Below, one piece after another: positions 33,593 to 44,085 of a stretch of DNA of 64,000 bases. Made by a program: the position numbers and the translations under genes. The notes beneath the pieces are model-generated. The model saw only the letters and a program-made list of their open reading frames with translations, was not told where the DNA came from and did no database searches. The stretch is taken from the NCBI GenBank assembly GCA_965204295.1, contig OZ241973.1, positions 3,437,940 through 3,501,939 on the forward strand, in the 5' to 3' direction. This DNA comes from Rhizobiaceae bacterium. GTDB taxonomy: Bacteria > Pseudomonadota > Alphaproteobacteria > Rhizobiales > Rhizobiaceae. Position 1 is the first letter of the stretch; every line of letters starts with the position of its first letter.

Positions 33593-34570
33593 TCAGGCGG
33601 CGGTTTTCCGGGGGGCGGCGATAAGAGGCCGCCGGGCGATGGCCGGCAATCCCCGCAACCCGTTCGCCGGCAACAGACGCCGCGCCGATATGCGCGCAAA
33701 CGGCATTTCCTTAATCAGACGGTCGGCCCCCGCAAGGTCGAGATATTCGTCGTAATTGTCGAAACCGGACCGGCCGACATAATCGATAAAACTCTCCGCA
33801 GGAACGCCGCCATTGGCCAGAACGACCTCGTGGTTCTCAAGCTCCACATGCCACCAGATGAATTTCGTCGGCATGTCCGAAAGCGGCAGGAAGCGGATCG
33901 GGGTTCCGTCCTCCGCCAGCGTGCCGGCGTTGACCAGCATGTCGCCGAACAGCAGGGCGTGATCGCCCGTCACGGTCAGCGGTCTGTTCGGCAGGTCCGG
34001 GCCGAGGGCGCCGGCGTCGATGCGCACCGGTTTGCGGCCGAGTTCGACGCCGCGCGGGTTGGCGACGGTCTGCCGCGCCACCCAGATCACCGGCGTCGAC
34101 CTGCCGTCATGGGTCATGACCCGGTCGCCGGGTTGCAGCGTCTCGATGGCCCGCTCGCCGTCCGGCGTCAGAATCGTCGTTCCGGTGGCGAAGCAGTTGA
34201 AGACCTGGGCATTGCTGGGCTGGAAACCCGTCGAGACGCCGCCCATGAACGCCAGGGTGCCGAGGTTTTGTCCCTGCTCGGGGTCATAGGGGATGTAATA
34301 TCGCGCTCCTCCGCCGCTGAGCGGCCTGCCGAAAATGGCGTAGGTCTCGCCTTCGTATTCGACCACGTACCCCGTGTAGGTGGTGGCATCGTTTAGGAAC
34401 CAGTCGGTTCCGGCATCCAGGATGTCATCGTCTCCGGTATTGACGCTGAATCGTGGGTCCACATTGTCAGTGGCAGTAAAAACAGTCCACGAGATCGACC
34501 CGTCCGGCCCGGAGGGGAGGGGCGTCGGCGAATTAATCTCAATGTAGTTGGGGAACTCTATAACAGCCAT
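33593..34570 (-). CDS. Hint/BIL domain protein, paralog 3
   Basis: The ATG at 34570 (MAVIEFPNY) is preceded by AAGGAAA. Same N|CFATGT ... TGDH ... LANGGVPAESF architecture. Confidence 0.8.
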   Translation of the reverse strand: MAVIEFPNYIEINSPTPLPSGPDGSISWTVFTATDNVDPRFSVNTGDDDILDAGTDWFLNDATTYTGYVVEYEGETYAIFGRPLSGGGARYYIPYDPEQGQNLGTLAFMGGVSTGFQPSNAQVFNCFATGTTILTPDGERAIETLQPGDRVMTHDGRSTPVIWVARQTVANPRGVELGRKPVRIDAGALGPDLPNRPLTVTGDHALLFGDMLVNAGTLAEDGTPIRFLPLSDMPTKFIWWHVELENHEVVLANGGVPAESFIDYVGRSGFDNYDEYLDLAGADRLIKEMPFARISARRLLPANGLRGLPAIARRPLIAAPRKTAA

Positions 34571-34705
34571 GGGTAGTTTCCTTTCAATCCGGGGAACGAA
34601 CCGGCGGAAACCCGCGGGCAAACGTTCCATTAAGATGCCGGTTGCCCGACAATCCGTCTTCACACCCCTGCCACCGATCGGGACACGGGCGCGTCATACT
34701 TCAAT

Positions 34706-34894
34706 GGCGACGCCCCGCTTGAGGCGACGCACCGCTTTGAGGCGACGCACCGCTTTGAGGCGACGCACCGCTTTGAGGCGACGCACCGCTTTGAGGCGAC
34801 GCACCGCTTTGAGGCGACGCACCGCTTGGGCGACGCACCGCTTTGAGGCGACGCACCGCTTGGGCGACGCACCGCTTGGGCGACGCACCGCTTG
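34706..34894. repeat. 11-unit tandem repeat (mixed 16/17/18-bp variants of GGCGACGCACCGCTT(T)G(A)) in the 5' leader of Hint paralog 3
   Basis: Units counted by hand: one 17-mer, five 18-mers, then an alternation of 16- and 18-mers. Confidence 0.9.
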
Positions 34895-34899
34895 ACCTC

Positions 34900-34927
34900 A
34901 CTATATGGGCCCGACCCAAACCGTCAA
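34900..34927 (-). promoter_or_regulatory. Predicted sigma70-type promoter of Hint paralog 3
   Basis: Gene-sense strand reads TTGACG-16 nt-TATAGT. The repeat starts 5 nt downstream. Confidence 0.5.
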
Positions 34928-35024
34928 GGGGCCTTTTCGCAGCCGGACGCCGGCAAGGCGGGCCGCCCGTCGCGCATCTTGCGCGCCCGCAACCGCCGGC
35001 ATGTCGCGGATATGAGTCCCGGCC

Positions 35025-36539
35025 CTATTGCGGCGCGACCGCGAGCCGCAACGGCCTTTCGATCATTCTTGCAAGCTGCTCCAGCCGCCACGACGGTCTG
35101 TCGCCGTAAAGGCCGGCGAGATCGGCCGGCAGCCGCAGTTCCAGACCGCCGTCGCCAACTGCAACCCATTTCAGTCGCGGGATGACCCCGGGCATGGCCG
35201 CGGACAGCAGATATCCGACCCGCATCAAACCCGCCGCGAGTTTCGCGCGCTCGAACGATCTCGCTCCGGCGACTTCAACGAGCGCGGGCGAGACCTTCGC
35301 CGCCAGACCTTCGTGCCGGAACGCGGTGGCGAGGGCGATAAACGCCCGCCCGGGATGATCGATTCCGACAAACGAGGTGTGCGAAATCACATTGAGCGAT
35401 TGAGCGCCGCGATATTCCGGATGCGCCCGCCAGCCGATGTCGGCCAACATGCATGAGGCGCGCCGGCACCTCGCCTCGTCGGCGGTCTCGTCCACGCCGA
35501 ATTTCCCGAACGAACGCCCGGTCCAGTCAGCCATCTCCCGGGCGTGCGCGATGGACCGGGAGCGAAGCAGCGCCAGTTCCCCGGCGGCGGCGGCAAGCGG
35601 GTCCAGATCGCGCTCGACATCGTTCAGAAGCGAATACAGATAACCTTCCCGCACCCCGAGAGCCGACACTTCGATATGGGCCGGCCGCATGATCCTGATG
35701 ATTTCCTCCAGCACGATCGCGCCATAGGGCAACAGCGACCGGCGGTTCTTCGATACGCTGCCGATGCCCTTGACCGATTCGATTTCTCCCGACGACACCC
35801 GGCGCAGAAAACCGGCGATCCGAGCGGGCCTCATCGCGTAATGGTGTATGACGCCGAGAGGATAGCCGTCCGAGTTCATGTGAAGACGGGCGAGATTTCT
35901 CCATGTTCCGCCCACCGCGTAGAAGACCCGCCCCCTGCCCTTCGCGAGCCAGGACGCGCGCTTGAGTTCGGATGCCACGATCCCGCGAACCCTGCCAAGA
36001 TCCTCCCCCGCCATGTCGCGCAGGCGCAGGCCGCCGAGCGGCAGGGTGATGCCGTCGCCGATCCGCGTTCCCGATACGTCGAACAATTCCAGGCTGCCGC
36101 CGCCGAGATCGCCGCCGATCCCATCCGGCGACATGAAGCCGGAAATGACGCCCAATGCGGAATAATATGCTTCCCGGCGCCCCGACAGCACGTCGATTTC
36201 GGCGCCGAGGATTTTCTCGGCCCGCTCTATGAATTCCTGTCCGTTGACCGCCTCACGCGCGGCGGCGGTGGCGATCACATGCAGGGAGGCCGCGCCGGTT
36301 TGCGCGACCAGCGCCCGAAAACGCCTGAATTCCTCCATGGCCGCGTCGATCGCCGCCGGATCGAGCCGTCCGGTCGAATGAACGCCCCGGCCCAGACCGG
36401 CCAGCATTTTTTCATTGAAAAGAACCGTCGGAGACCTGGTCACGCCTTCATAGACGACAAGGCGAATCGAATTGGAACCGACATCGATGATTGCGACCGG
36501 TTCGCGGCCGGGCAGCCGACCCTGCGAAAAATCGTTCAT
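35025..36539 (-). CDS. ppx: Exopolyphosphatase (Ppx/GppA family)
   Basis: N-terminal ASKHA motif ([15 protein letters not shown]), 504 aa, overlaps the ppk1 stop by 4 nt. Confidence 0.9.
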   Translation of the reverse strand: MNDFSQGRLPGREPVAIIDVGSNSIRLVVYEGVTRSPTVLFNEKMLAGLGRGVHSTGRLDPAAIDAAMEEFRRFRALVAQTGAASLHVIATAAAREAVNGQEFIERAEKILGAEIDVLSGRREAYYSALGVISGFMSPDGIGGDLGGGSLELFDVSGTRIGDGITLPLGGLRLRDMAGEDLGRVRGIVASELKRASWLAKGRGRVFYAVGGTWRNLARLHMNSDGYPLGVIHHYAMRPARIAGFLRRVSSGEIESVKGIGSVSKNRRSLLPYGAIVLEEIIRIMRPAHIEVSALGVREGYLYSLLNDVERDLDPLAAAAGELALLRSRSIAHAREMADWTGRSFGKFGVDETADEARCRRASCMLADIGWRAHPEYRGAQSLNVISHTSFVGIDHPGRAFIALATAFRHEGLAAKVSPALVEVAGARSFERAKLAAGLMRVGYLLSAAMPGVIPRLKWVAVGDGGLELRLPADLAGLYGDRPSWRLEQLARMIERPLRLAVAPQ

Positions 36540-38755
36540 TTCGCGGTTGAGGCGCGCATTTTTTTCGTGGGCTTCAAGCGCATGATTCGTTTCGGCGCAT
36601 GGCTCTTGAGCGCCTCGCCCCGGCCCGACAGGCTGGGATTGGTCATGAAATATTCCTGCGCATTGAACAATTCCTCCCCCCGTTCGGGCGCGATGCGCCT
36701 CGACGTGCCGTCGGGCAATAACTCGAAACTCTGGCAGTTGTCCATGATATTGCCCAGCATGATCTGGTCGAGCACCTGTTCATGCACGGTCGGATTGGTC
36801 AGCGGCGCGATCGTCTCCACGCGGCGGTCCAGATTGCGCGGCATCATGTCGGCGGAACCGATATAGACAAGCGCCTCGTCGGACGGCAGCCCATATCCGT
36901 TTCCAAAGCAATAAATGCGACTGTGCTCCAAAAATCGTCCGACGATCGACTTGACCCGAATGTTGTCGGAAAATCCCGGCGCCTGCGGGCGCAGGCAACA
37001 AATTCCGCGCACGATCAAATCGATCTCCACACCCGCCTTGCCGGCATCGTACAAGGCGTCGATGACCTGCGGATCGACAAGCGAGTTCATCTTCATCCAG
37101 ACCGCCGCCGGTTTTCCGTTTTTTGCGAACGCCTTTTCCCGCGCGATATGCTTGAGGATGCGGTCGCGCATGGTCATCGGCGAGACCGCCAGTCCCATCT
37201 TCTTGGCGGGTTCCACGTATCCGGTCACGAGATTGAAGACCTGCGCCACTTCGTGAGCCGTCTGCTGATCCGATGTGAAATAGGACAGATCGGTGTAAAT
37301 GCGGGCGGTGATCGGATGGTAGTTTCCCGTGCCGAGATGGACGTAATTCCTCAGCCTGCCCTCTTCGCGCCGCACCACCTGAGACATTTTCGCATGGGTT
37401 TTCAACTCGATGAAACCGAACACGACCTGCACGCCGGCGCGCTCCATATCGCGCGCCCAGCGTATGTTGGCCTCCTCGTCGAACCGGGCCTTCAGTTCGA
37501 TCAGCGCCGTGACCGATTTGCCCGCTTCCGCCGCGTCGATCAGCGCCCGGACGATCGGGCTGTCGTTCGATGTCCGGTAAAGCGTTTGCTTGATCGCAAC
37601 GACATCGGGATCGTTAGCCGCCTGACGCAGAAATTGAACAACCACGTCGAACGACTCGTAGGGATGGTGAACGATGATGTCCTTTTCGCGAATCGCGGCC
37701 AGGCAATCGCCCCCGTTTTCGCGAATGCGCTCGGGAAAACGGGGATTGTAGGGCGGAAATTTCAGATCGTCGCGGGGCAGCGAGACGATTTCGGATATTT
37801 GCGCCAGATCCTGCAATCCCTCGGTCACGCTCACACGGCCGGCGGAGACGTTCAATTCATGAGCGACGAATTCGCGCAATCCGGGCGGCATGCCGGAATC
37901 GAATTCGATGCGGATCACCGACCCGCGACGGCGGCGTTTCAGCGCCGACTCGAACAGGCGGACCAGATCTTCCGCTTCCTCCTCGACTTCGATATCGCTG
38001 TCCCGAATGATCCTGAACGTTCCCATTCCCTTGAGTTTGTATCCCGGGAACAGGTCGGTGACATGCATTCCGACCAGATTTTCCAGGGTGACGAACTTCG
38101 TTTGGCCGTCCCGGTCGGGCAGCCGGATGAAACGGGTCAGCGCGACCGGCAGCCGCAGAAGAGCGAACATCTGCTCCTTGCGCTTCCTGTGCATGAGTTC
38201 GAGCGCTATCGAAAATCCGAGATTGGGTATGAACGGAAACGGATGGGCGGGATCGACGGAGAGCGGGGTTAGAACCGGAAAAACGCTGTCGCGAAAATGC
38301 TCTCCCAGCCATTCGCGTTCGCTTTTATTGAGATCGGACGGTCCGGCGATATATATGGAATGCCCGGCGAGCAGTTCGAGCAACGCGGTCAGTTGCGATT
38401 GCTGATCCTTCTCCAGCCGGTCGATTTCAAGCAACACCTGCGACAGTTGCTGCTCCGGGGTTCTTCCGTCCGCCGATTTCAGCGCGATGCCTTCGCGCAC
38501 CTGACCGTCGAGCCCGGCGACGCGAACCATGAAGAACTCATCCAGATTGGCCGCCGATATCGACAGGAAACGCAGACGTTCTAGCAGCGGATGATTGTCG
38601 TTCCGGCTTTCCGCGAGCACGCGGCGATTGAATTGAAGCCATGAAAATTCGCGATTGACGAAGCGCTCGGGACTTTTCGCCAGCCTTGCGGCGTCCATCG
38701 CGGGCGACGACGCGAAATCCGTCGATATCGGGGTCCGTTCGTTCATGTTCCTCAT
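36536..38755 (-). CDS. ppk1: Polyphosphate kinase 1
   Basis: PPK1 signatures ([32 protein letters not shown]...GTGNYH). The exact start among Met 1/28/31 of the tracked ORF is uncertain. Confidence 0.9.
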   Translation of the reverse strand: MRNMNERTPISTDFASSPAMDAARLAKSPERFVNREFSWLQFNRRVLAESRNDNHPLLERLRFLSISAANLDEFFMVRVAGLDGQVREGIALKSADGRTPEQQLSQVLLEIDRLEKDQQSQLTALLELLAGHSIYIAGPSDLNKSEREWLGEHFRDSVFPVLTPLSVDPAHPFPFIPNLGFSIALELMHRKRKEQMFALLRLPVALTRFIRLPDRDGQTKFVTLENLVGMHVTDLFPGYKLKGMGTFRIIRDSDIEVEEEAEDLVRLFESALKRRRRGSVIRIEFDSGMPPGLREFVAHELNVSAGRVSVTEGLQDLAQISEIVSLPRDDLKFPPYNPRFPERIRENGGDCLAAIREKDIIVHHPYESFDVVVQFLRQAANDPDVVAIKQTLYRTSNDSPIVRALIDAAEAGKSVTALIELKARFDEEANIRWARDMERAGVQVVFGFIELKTHAKMSQVVRREEGRLRNYVHLGTGNYHPITARIYTDLSYFTSDQQTAHEVAQVFNLVTGYVEPAKKMGLAVSPMTMRDRILKHIAREKAFAKNGKPAAVWMKMNSLVDPQVIDALYDAGKAGVEIDLIVRGICCLRPQAPGFSDNIRVKSIVGRFLEHSRIYCFGNGYGLPSDEALVYIGSADMMPRNLDRRVETIAPLTNPTVHEQVLDQIMLGNIMDNCQSFELLPDGTSRRIAPERGEELFNAQEYFMTNPSLSGRGEALKSHAPKRIMRLKPTKKMRASTAK

Positions 38756-38961
38756 TCGATCTCGATTGGACGGCTGCGTTGAAACGCCGATTCCGGTCGT
38801 TGTGCGAATCATAACCGCAATTCGCGACTTTCGCATTGATTTATGACAGGTCGCATCGTAGAGATTCCTTGCACTGGCGTATCGTTCGGGCCGGACGCTG
38901 GGAAAGAAATCCGATCCGGCGGCGCGGGAGATCGATGTAAAACCGGGGAGCGAGACAAGCT

Positions 38962-39903
38962 ATGAGAAAAATCGTGTTGCTATTGAGTGCGATCGCCTTT
39001 TTCGTTTTTGCGACGAGCCCTGGTTTTGGGACAGTATATAGATCTGGTAGTTTTGGATGTGGTGATTTTGAGGATACCGAGAGACAGTATAAAGAGCAAT
39101 TAAATGATCCTGATCCTTATGTGAGTGTGACCTTAGTTTATGCTATTTGTCTCTTATTAAAAGGTGAAGTGACTAACAATCAAGACAATGTTTCCAAGGG
39201 AATGTTGATATTACATGGTTTAGCTGATCAACACAGCAATATTGTAGCTAATTATTGGATAGCAGAATACCATCTTTCAGGAGGGGATTTCAAAGGTATA
39301 GCTGATAGAAATTTGGATTTAGCCGCCCATTACTATTCAAGCACACTGGCTATCATAAAGACTTATAATATCTACCCTCCTCTTGATTACTTTATGTGGG
39401 AGGCAACTGATAACATAGAGATGACATCTTATTATCAATTACCTCTTGTTTATTTAGCCATGTTTTATAAAGGGGTTTCTGGTGACTACCGTGTTAGGTT
39501 ACTTAACTCTCCCAGTTATGAAGGAGATCGTGACTTAGAAACTTATCCTGAATACAGAGATAATATTATGGGTTATATTAACTTAGCAATAGAGCATGCG
39601 GGGAATTGTAAAAACCTTCCTCTCAAGAGACATTTTGATAAATCTTCTTCTCCTTATTATATAAAAGTTTGTGCTATGTATGAGGAGAAAGCCAAGCTTT
39701 TAAAATCAGCTTATATGAAAAGTCAGCTTATTTTAAATCAGAACAACTGTAAGGATATAGGATCTGATGAAACAGTTTTTGCCTATTGTCCTGAAAATGA
39801 TGAGGCAATACAAAAAGTTGTCGATACTTATGACTCTATATTTGTAGAAATTAAGGAAATACTCTACCCTATTCGTGACACTCTTGTATCGAATCAAAAA
39901 TAA
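38962..39903 (+). CDS. Hypothetical secreted protein encoded in a gene-sized AT-rich patch (possible weak Sel1/TPR-like repeats)
   Basis: Clean 313-aa ORF with an N-terminal signal peptide (MRKIVLLLSAIAFFVFATSPGFG). Codon usage is A/T-ending, unlike every neighbouring gene. Confidence 0.7.
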   Translation: MRKIVLLLSAIAFFVFATSPGFGTVYRSGSFGCGDFEDTERQYKEQLNDPDPYVSVTLVYAICLLLKGEVTNNQDNVSKGMLILHGLADQHSNIVANYWIAEYHLSGGDFKGIADRNLDLAAHYYSSTLAIIKTYNIYPPLDYFMWEATDNIEMTSYYQLPLVYLAMFYKGVSGDYRVRLLNSPSYEGDRDLETYPEYRDNIMGYINLAIEHAGNCKNLPLKRHFDKSSSPYYIKVCAMYEEKAKLLKSAYMKSQLILNQNNCKDIGSDETVFAYCPENDEAIQKVVDTYDSIFVEIKEILYPIRDTLVSNQK

Positions 39904-39949
39904 GAGTCTCTCTCTCCTCTTGCCTCAACACGGAGCGGGTTAAACAGAA

Positions 39950-40195
39950 ATGGCGGGTCGTGCGGTTCCTCATTTTCACAATAGCGGCGGGCATGCGAGA
40001 ATCGACATCGGGGTCGGGGAATTCATGTGCGTCGGCGCGGAACCCCCGTTCGATCACCCGCATGTGTTTCTGGACATGGGCGCGGAAAGCGAGAAAGTCT
40101 GCCCCTACTGCTCGACCCTGTTTCGCCATGTCGGATCCCTGGGCGAAAACGAGACGCGCCCCGAAGGGTGCGCGTTCGAACCGGCGGACGCCTGA
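39950..40195 (+). CDS. Zinc-finger (zf-CHCC type) domain protein
   Basis: 81 aa with HPHVFLDMG...KVCPYCSTLF, matching the NDUFS6-like CHCC zinc-finger family. Confidence 0.7.
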   Translation: MAGRAVPHFHNSGGHARIDIGVGEFMCVGAEPPFDHPHVFLDMGAESEKVCPYCSTLFRHVGSLGENETRPEGCAFEPADA

Positions 40196-40216
40196 CGGGT
40201 CGGTCGTCGCGGGCGA

Positions 40217-41422
40217 ATGTGCGCGGTGCGTCCCGGAAACAAACCGGTTCTGATCGCCGGGGGCGGCATCGCGGGGCTTAGCGCGGCGCTGGCCCTGTCG
40301 GCCGTGGGGCGCGAAGTCCGCGTTATCGAGCGCGCCGGACAGTTCGGGGAACTTGGCGCCGGCCTGCAAATCTCTCCAAACGCGTCGCGCCTGCTTGCCA
40401 GGCTCGGCGTGCTCGAAAAACTCGGCGCGAAAGCCGCCCGTCCCGGCGCCGTCCGGCTGATGGACGCCCGGTCGGGCCGGTTGCTGGCCGAAATGCCGCT
40501 GGGGAAAACCGCCGAGGCGCGTTGGCGCGCTCCCTATCTCGTCGCTCATCGGGCGGACCTGCATGGGGCGCTCGCCGAGACGGCCGCGGCGCGGCCGAAT
40601 ATCGCCGTCGAGATGGGGGTGTCCGCGACCGGCGTTCGACGCGACAATGGCGGTGTGAGCGTTCTGACCGGCGGAGGCCGGACAATCGCCGCGGACCTCG
40701 TTGTCGGCGCCGACGGCGTCCGGTCCGGCCTTCGCGCCGCGGTTCGCGCCGCGCATGAAAGCCGGTTTACCGGATATGTCGCCTGGCGCGCGTTGATCGG
40801 CCCCGACGCGGTGAAGCGCCTGCCGCGCGAAGCATCGGCCATGTGCGTGACCGCGCTGCTGAACCCGCGTTTCCATATGGTGGTTTATCCGGCCGGGGGC
40901 GGCGAATGTTTCAACATCGTCGCGGTCGTGAAGGACGGGGCCGATGGCGAGCGTTGGATTGCCGACGCCGACAGGTCCGCACTGACGGCCGTGCTGCGAA
41001 ACACATGCGCCGCGCCGCTGGCCGACGCCGCCGTCGACTGGACGGCCTGGCCCCTGCATGAAGTCGATTGCCGGCCTGCATGGAGCGATCGAAAGCGGCT
41101 GGCGCTCATCGGCGACGCCGCGCACGCCATGACCCCGTTTCTGGCGCAGGGCGCGGCCATGGCGATCGAGGACGGCCACGTTCTGGCGCGGCGCATTTGC
41201 GAACACGACGACGTCCTGCCGTCGGCGTTGAGACGGTTCGAGGCATCGCGCAAACCGCGTGTGGCCCGCGTCGTGAAACGCGGCGCCTTCAACCGCCTCG
41301 CGTGGCATGCGTCGGGACCGGTCGCCCGGGCGCGCAATCTTGTGCTTCGCGCCCGTTCCGGGGCGGGCCTCATGCGCGATCTCGATTGGCTTTACGGCTT
41401 CGACGCCGATCGTCCAAGGTGA
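40217..41422 (+). CDS. FAD-dependent monooxygenase (salicylate hydroxylase-like)
   Basis: GGGIAGLSAA dinucleotide-binding motif, the DG and GDAAH motifs (LIGDAAHAMTPFLAQGAAMAIEDG). Confidence 0.85.
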   Translation: MCAVRPGNKPVLIAGGGIAGLSAALALSAVGREVRVIERAGQFGELGAGLQISPNASRLLARLGVLEKLGAKAARPGAVRLMDARSGRLLAEMPLGKTAEARWRAPYLVAHRADLHGALAETAAARPNIAVEMGVSATGVRRDNGGVSVLTGGGRTIAADLVVGADGVRSGLRAAVRAAHESRFTGYVAWRALIGPDAVKRLPREASAMCVTALLNPRFHMVVYPAGGGECFNIVAVVKDGADGERWIADADRSALTAVLRNTCAAPLADAAVDWTAWPLHEVDCRPAWSDRKRLALIGDAAHAMTPFLAQGAAMAIEDGHVLARRICEHDDVLPSALRRFEASRKPRVARVVKRGAFNRLAWHASGPVARARNLVLRARSGAGLMRDLDWLYGFDADRPR

Positions 41423-41442
41423 TTTTCCCCGCGCATGCGCAA

Positions 41443-41554
41443 CATGGCACGATCTTCAAGCGCCTTTCAAACGCCCTTCAAAACGGCTGTGAGGGGCTTT
41501 CGGGAGCGCGACGAAACGCCCCCGCCGCGTCGGCTCACCCCAATGCGCATTGCG
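41443..41554. repeat. Conserved 3' element of the Hint unit (copy at the remnant)
   Basis: Aligns with 31873..31980 and 33483..33592. Confidence 0.75.
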
Positions 41555-41752
41555 TCAGGCGGCGGTTTTCCGGGGGGCGGCGATAAGAGGCCGCCGCGCG
41601 ATGGCCGGCAATCCCCGCAACCCGTTTCGCGGCAACAGACGCCGCGCCGATATGCGCGCAAACGGCATTTCCGCGATCAGACGATCGGCCCCGGCGATTT
41701 CGAGATAGTCGTCGTAATTGTCGAAACCGGACCGGCCGATATATAACCCCAA
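41555..41752 (-). pseudogene. Remnant of a Hint-domain gene: only the last ~65 codons remain
   Basis: Translation GRSGFDNYDDYLEIAGADRLIAEMPFARISARRLLP...APRKTAA equals the C-terminus of paralogs 2 and 3. Upstream it abruptly joins promoter-like sequence. Confidence 0.8.
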
Positions 41753-41765
41753 ACCAAACCGTCAA
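41738..41765 (-). promoter_or_regulatory. Hint-unit promoter copy fused to the remnant
   Basis: Gene-sense strand has TTGACG and, about 14-16 nt later, a TATATA/TATATC box. It aligns with the paralog-3 promoter (ccgtcaagggg...). Confidence 0.35.
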
Positions 41766-41866
41766 GGGGCGTTTTCGGCGCGGCGGCGGGTGCCCGACTA
41801 TGGTGTTCCGCCACGCGCATGCAAGCGATCCGAATCAGGAAAAACAAATTGTATCCATCGGGGATT

Positions 41867-41942
41867 CTGGCAGGGGCAGCAGGACTTGAACCCGCGACCT
41901 ACGGTTTTGGAGACCGTCGCTCTACCGACTGAGCTATACCCC
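41867..41942 (-). tRNA. tRNA-Trp (anticodon CCA)
   Basis: 76-nt cloverleaf read on the minus strand. Acceptor AGGGGTA/TGCCCCT, anticodon stem ACGGT/ACCGT with loop CTCCAAA, T-arm GCGGG-TTCAAGT-CCTGC, encoded CCA. Confidence 0.9.
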
Positions 41943-42043
41943 TGTGGCCGGGCGCTACATGCATCAGCAATCCGGTAAATTCAAGCCCTGACTTCCCGGT
42001 CCGCACGCCCGCCGCCAATCGCCCGGCGCCTGATGACCTTCGA

Positions 42044-42424
42044 TCACATTTCCCTCCGGGTCGTGGAAAATATCCGATGCCAACCGCCCGTGGCGACACC
42101 GGCATAGTTGCTGTAGGATACACTATCGGCTTCGAGACGTTTTTTGAATGCCTCAATATCATCAGTACGAAACGCAGTGTGTCCGCGCTCCACAGGATTG
42201 ACGGCCTTTCCCGCCCGATAGGGCAGCCCCAAATCCTTTTGCGCGAGGTGCATTTGTATATTCCCGTTACTCATGAACGCGACGTCGCCGGTATAATCCC
42301 GCGTCGGCTCGCAAAGCGGCAGATCCTTCGTGTGCTCACCCAGACCCATGACATCCGAGTAGAAGCGGCGCAGACGCTCCACATTGTCCGAGACGCGGTT
42401 GATGTGATGCAGCCAAAGCTTCAT
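42044..42424 (-). CDS. VOC (glyoxalase/bleomycin resistance/dioxygenase) family protein
   Basis: 126 aa. A beta-alpha-beta-beta-beta module with H...E metal ligands (HHINRVSDN ... HTAFRTDD). Confidence 0.7.
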   Translation of the reverse strand: MKLWLHHINRVSDNVERLRRFYSDVMGLGEHTKDLPLCEPTRDYTGDVAFMSNGNIQMHLAQKDLGLPYRAGKAVNPVERGHTAFRTDDIEAFKKRLEADSVSYSNYAGVATGGWHRIFSTTRREM

Positions 42425-42726
42425 TGCCTCTTCTTTTTCTCGGGATGTTCATGCATTGCACAGTCGGCATTCTCTCCGACGCCCGGCGCGTTTTCAAATA
42501 TGCAGTTCTTTGTCGGCGGACCGCCACATACTGACTTGAGTTGCCGAAATCCAACGCATTCGCCTGTCTTGATCGATCGGTAACCCGGGCCGCCGGCGCA
42601 ACCGCATCCCTTGCAACGCGGCCGCTCCGGACATTGTCTATGCGCCAATGACAAATCGGCGGACCACACCAGACCCGCCGATAGGAGAATCAGCAAATAC
42701 AGGCGAACGCCAAACGCCGCGCGCAT
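42421..42726 (-). CDS. Small cysteine-rich secreted hypothetical protein
   Basis: Signal peptide, then 10 Cys in about 75 aa (CPERPRCKGCGCAGG...). ATGA overlap with the downstream VOC gene. Confidence 0.5.
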   Translation of the reverse strand: MRAAFGVRLYLLILLSAGLVWSADLSLAHRQCPERPRCKGCGCAGGPGYRSIKTGECVGFRQLKSVCGGPPTKNCIFENAPGVGENADCAMHEHPEKKKRQ

Positions 42727-42730
42727 TCCG

Positions 42731-43906
<1,176 letters not shown>

Positions 43907-44085
43907 AAATCAAGTCTTCCTGTCTGAATTGGCCGGATTGCCGACCGTTCGGCCCGTGGCAGCGCAAATACGGTTTCCATGCCGCCGATGCAAGCGGGAA
44001 ATCGCGGACATGGCGTCCACGTCTCCGCTTGAAAATCCGGCCGCCCGCCGCCATCTGCCGGCATGGCCGGTTGGAAAGGTGTCCG

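Noticed and set aside
33004-33624. Multiple tracked ORFs on both strands across 33004-33624 and 34548-34919 encode periodic peptides (GDAPLGRRTAWATHRL and related).
   Set aside because: They are by-products of the 16/18-bp tandem repeat. Because 16 is not a multiple of 3, the repeat cycles through all frames, and it contains no stop in any of the six frames. The arrays lie between a promoter and the conserved leader and start codon of the Hint genes.
30531-34396. Long plus-strand ORFs antisense to the Hint genes (30531-31496, 31951-32784, 33563-34396).
   Set aside because: They are antisense shadows of GC-rich genes with Arg/Gly/Pro-rich, low-complexity translations. Their similarity to each other follows trivially from the DNA duplication.
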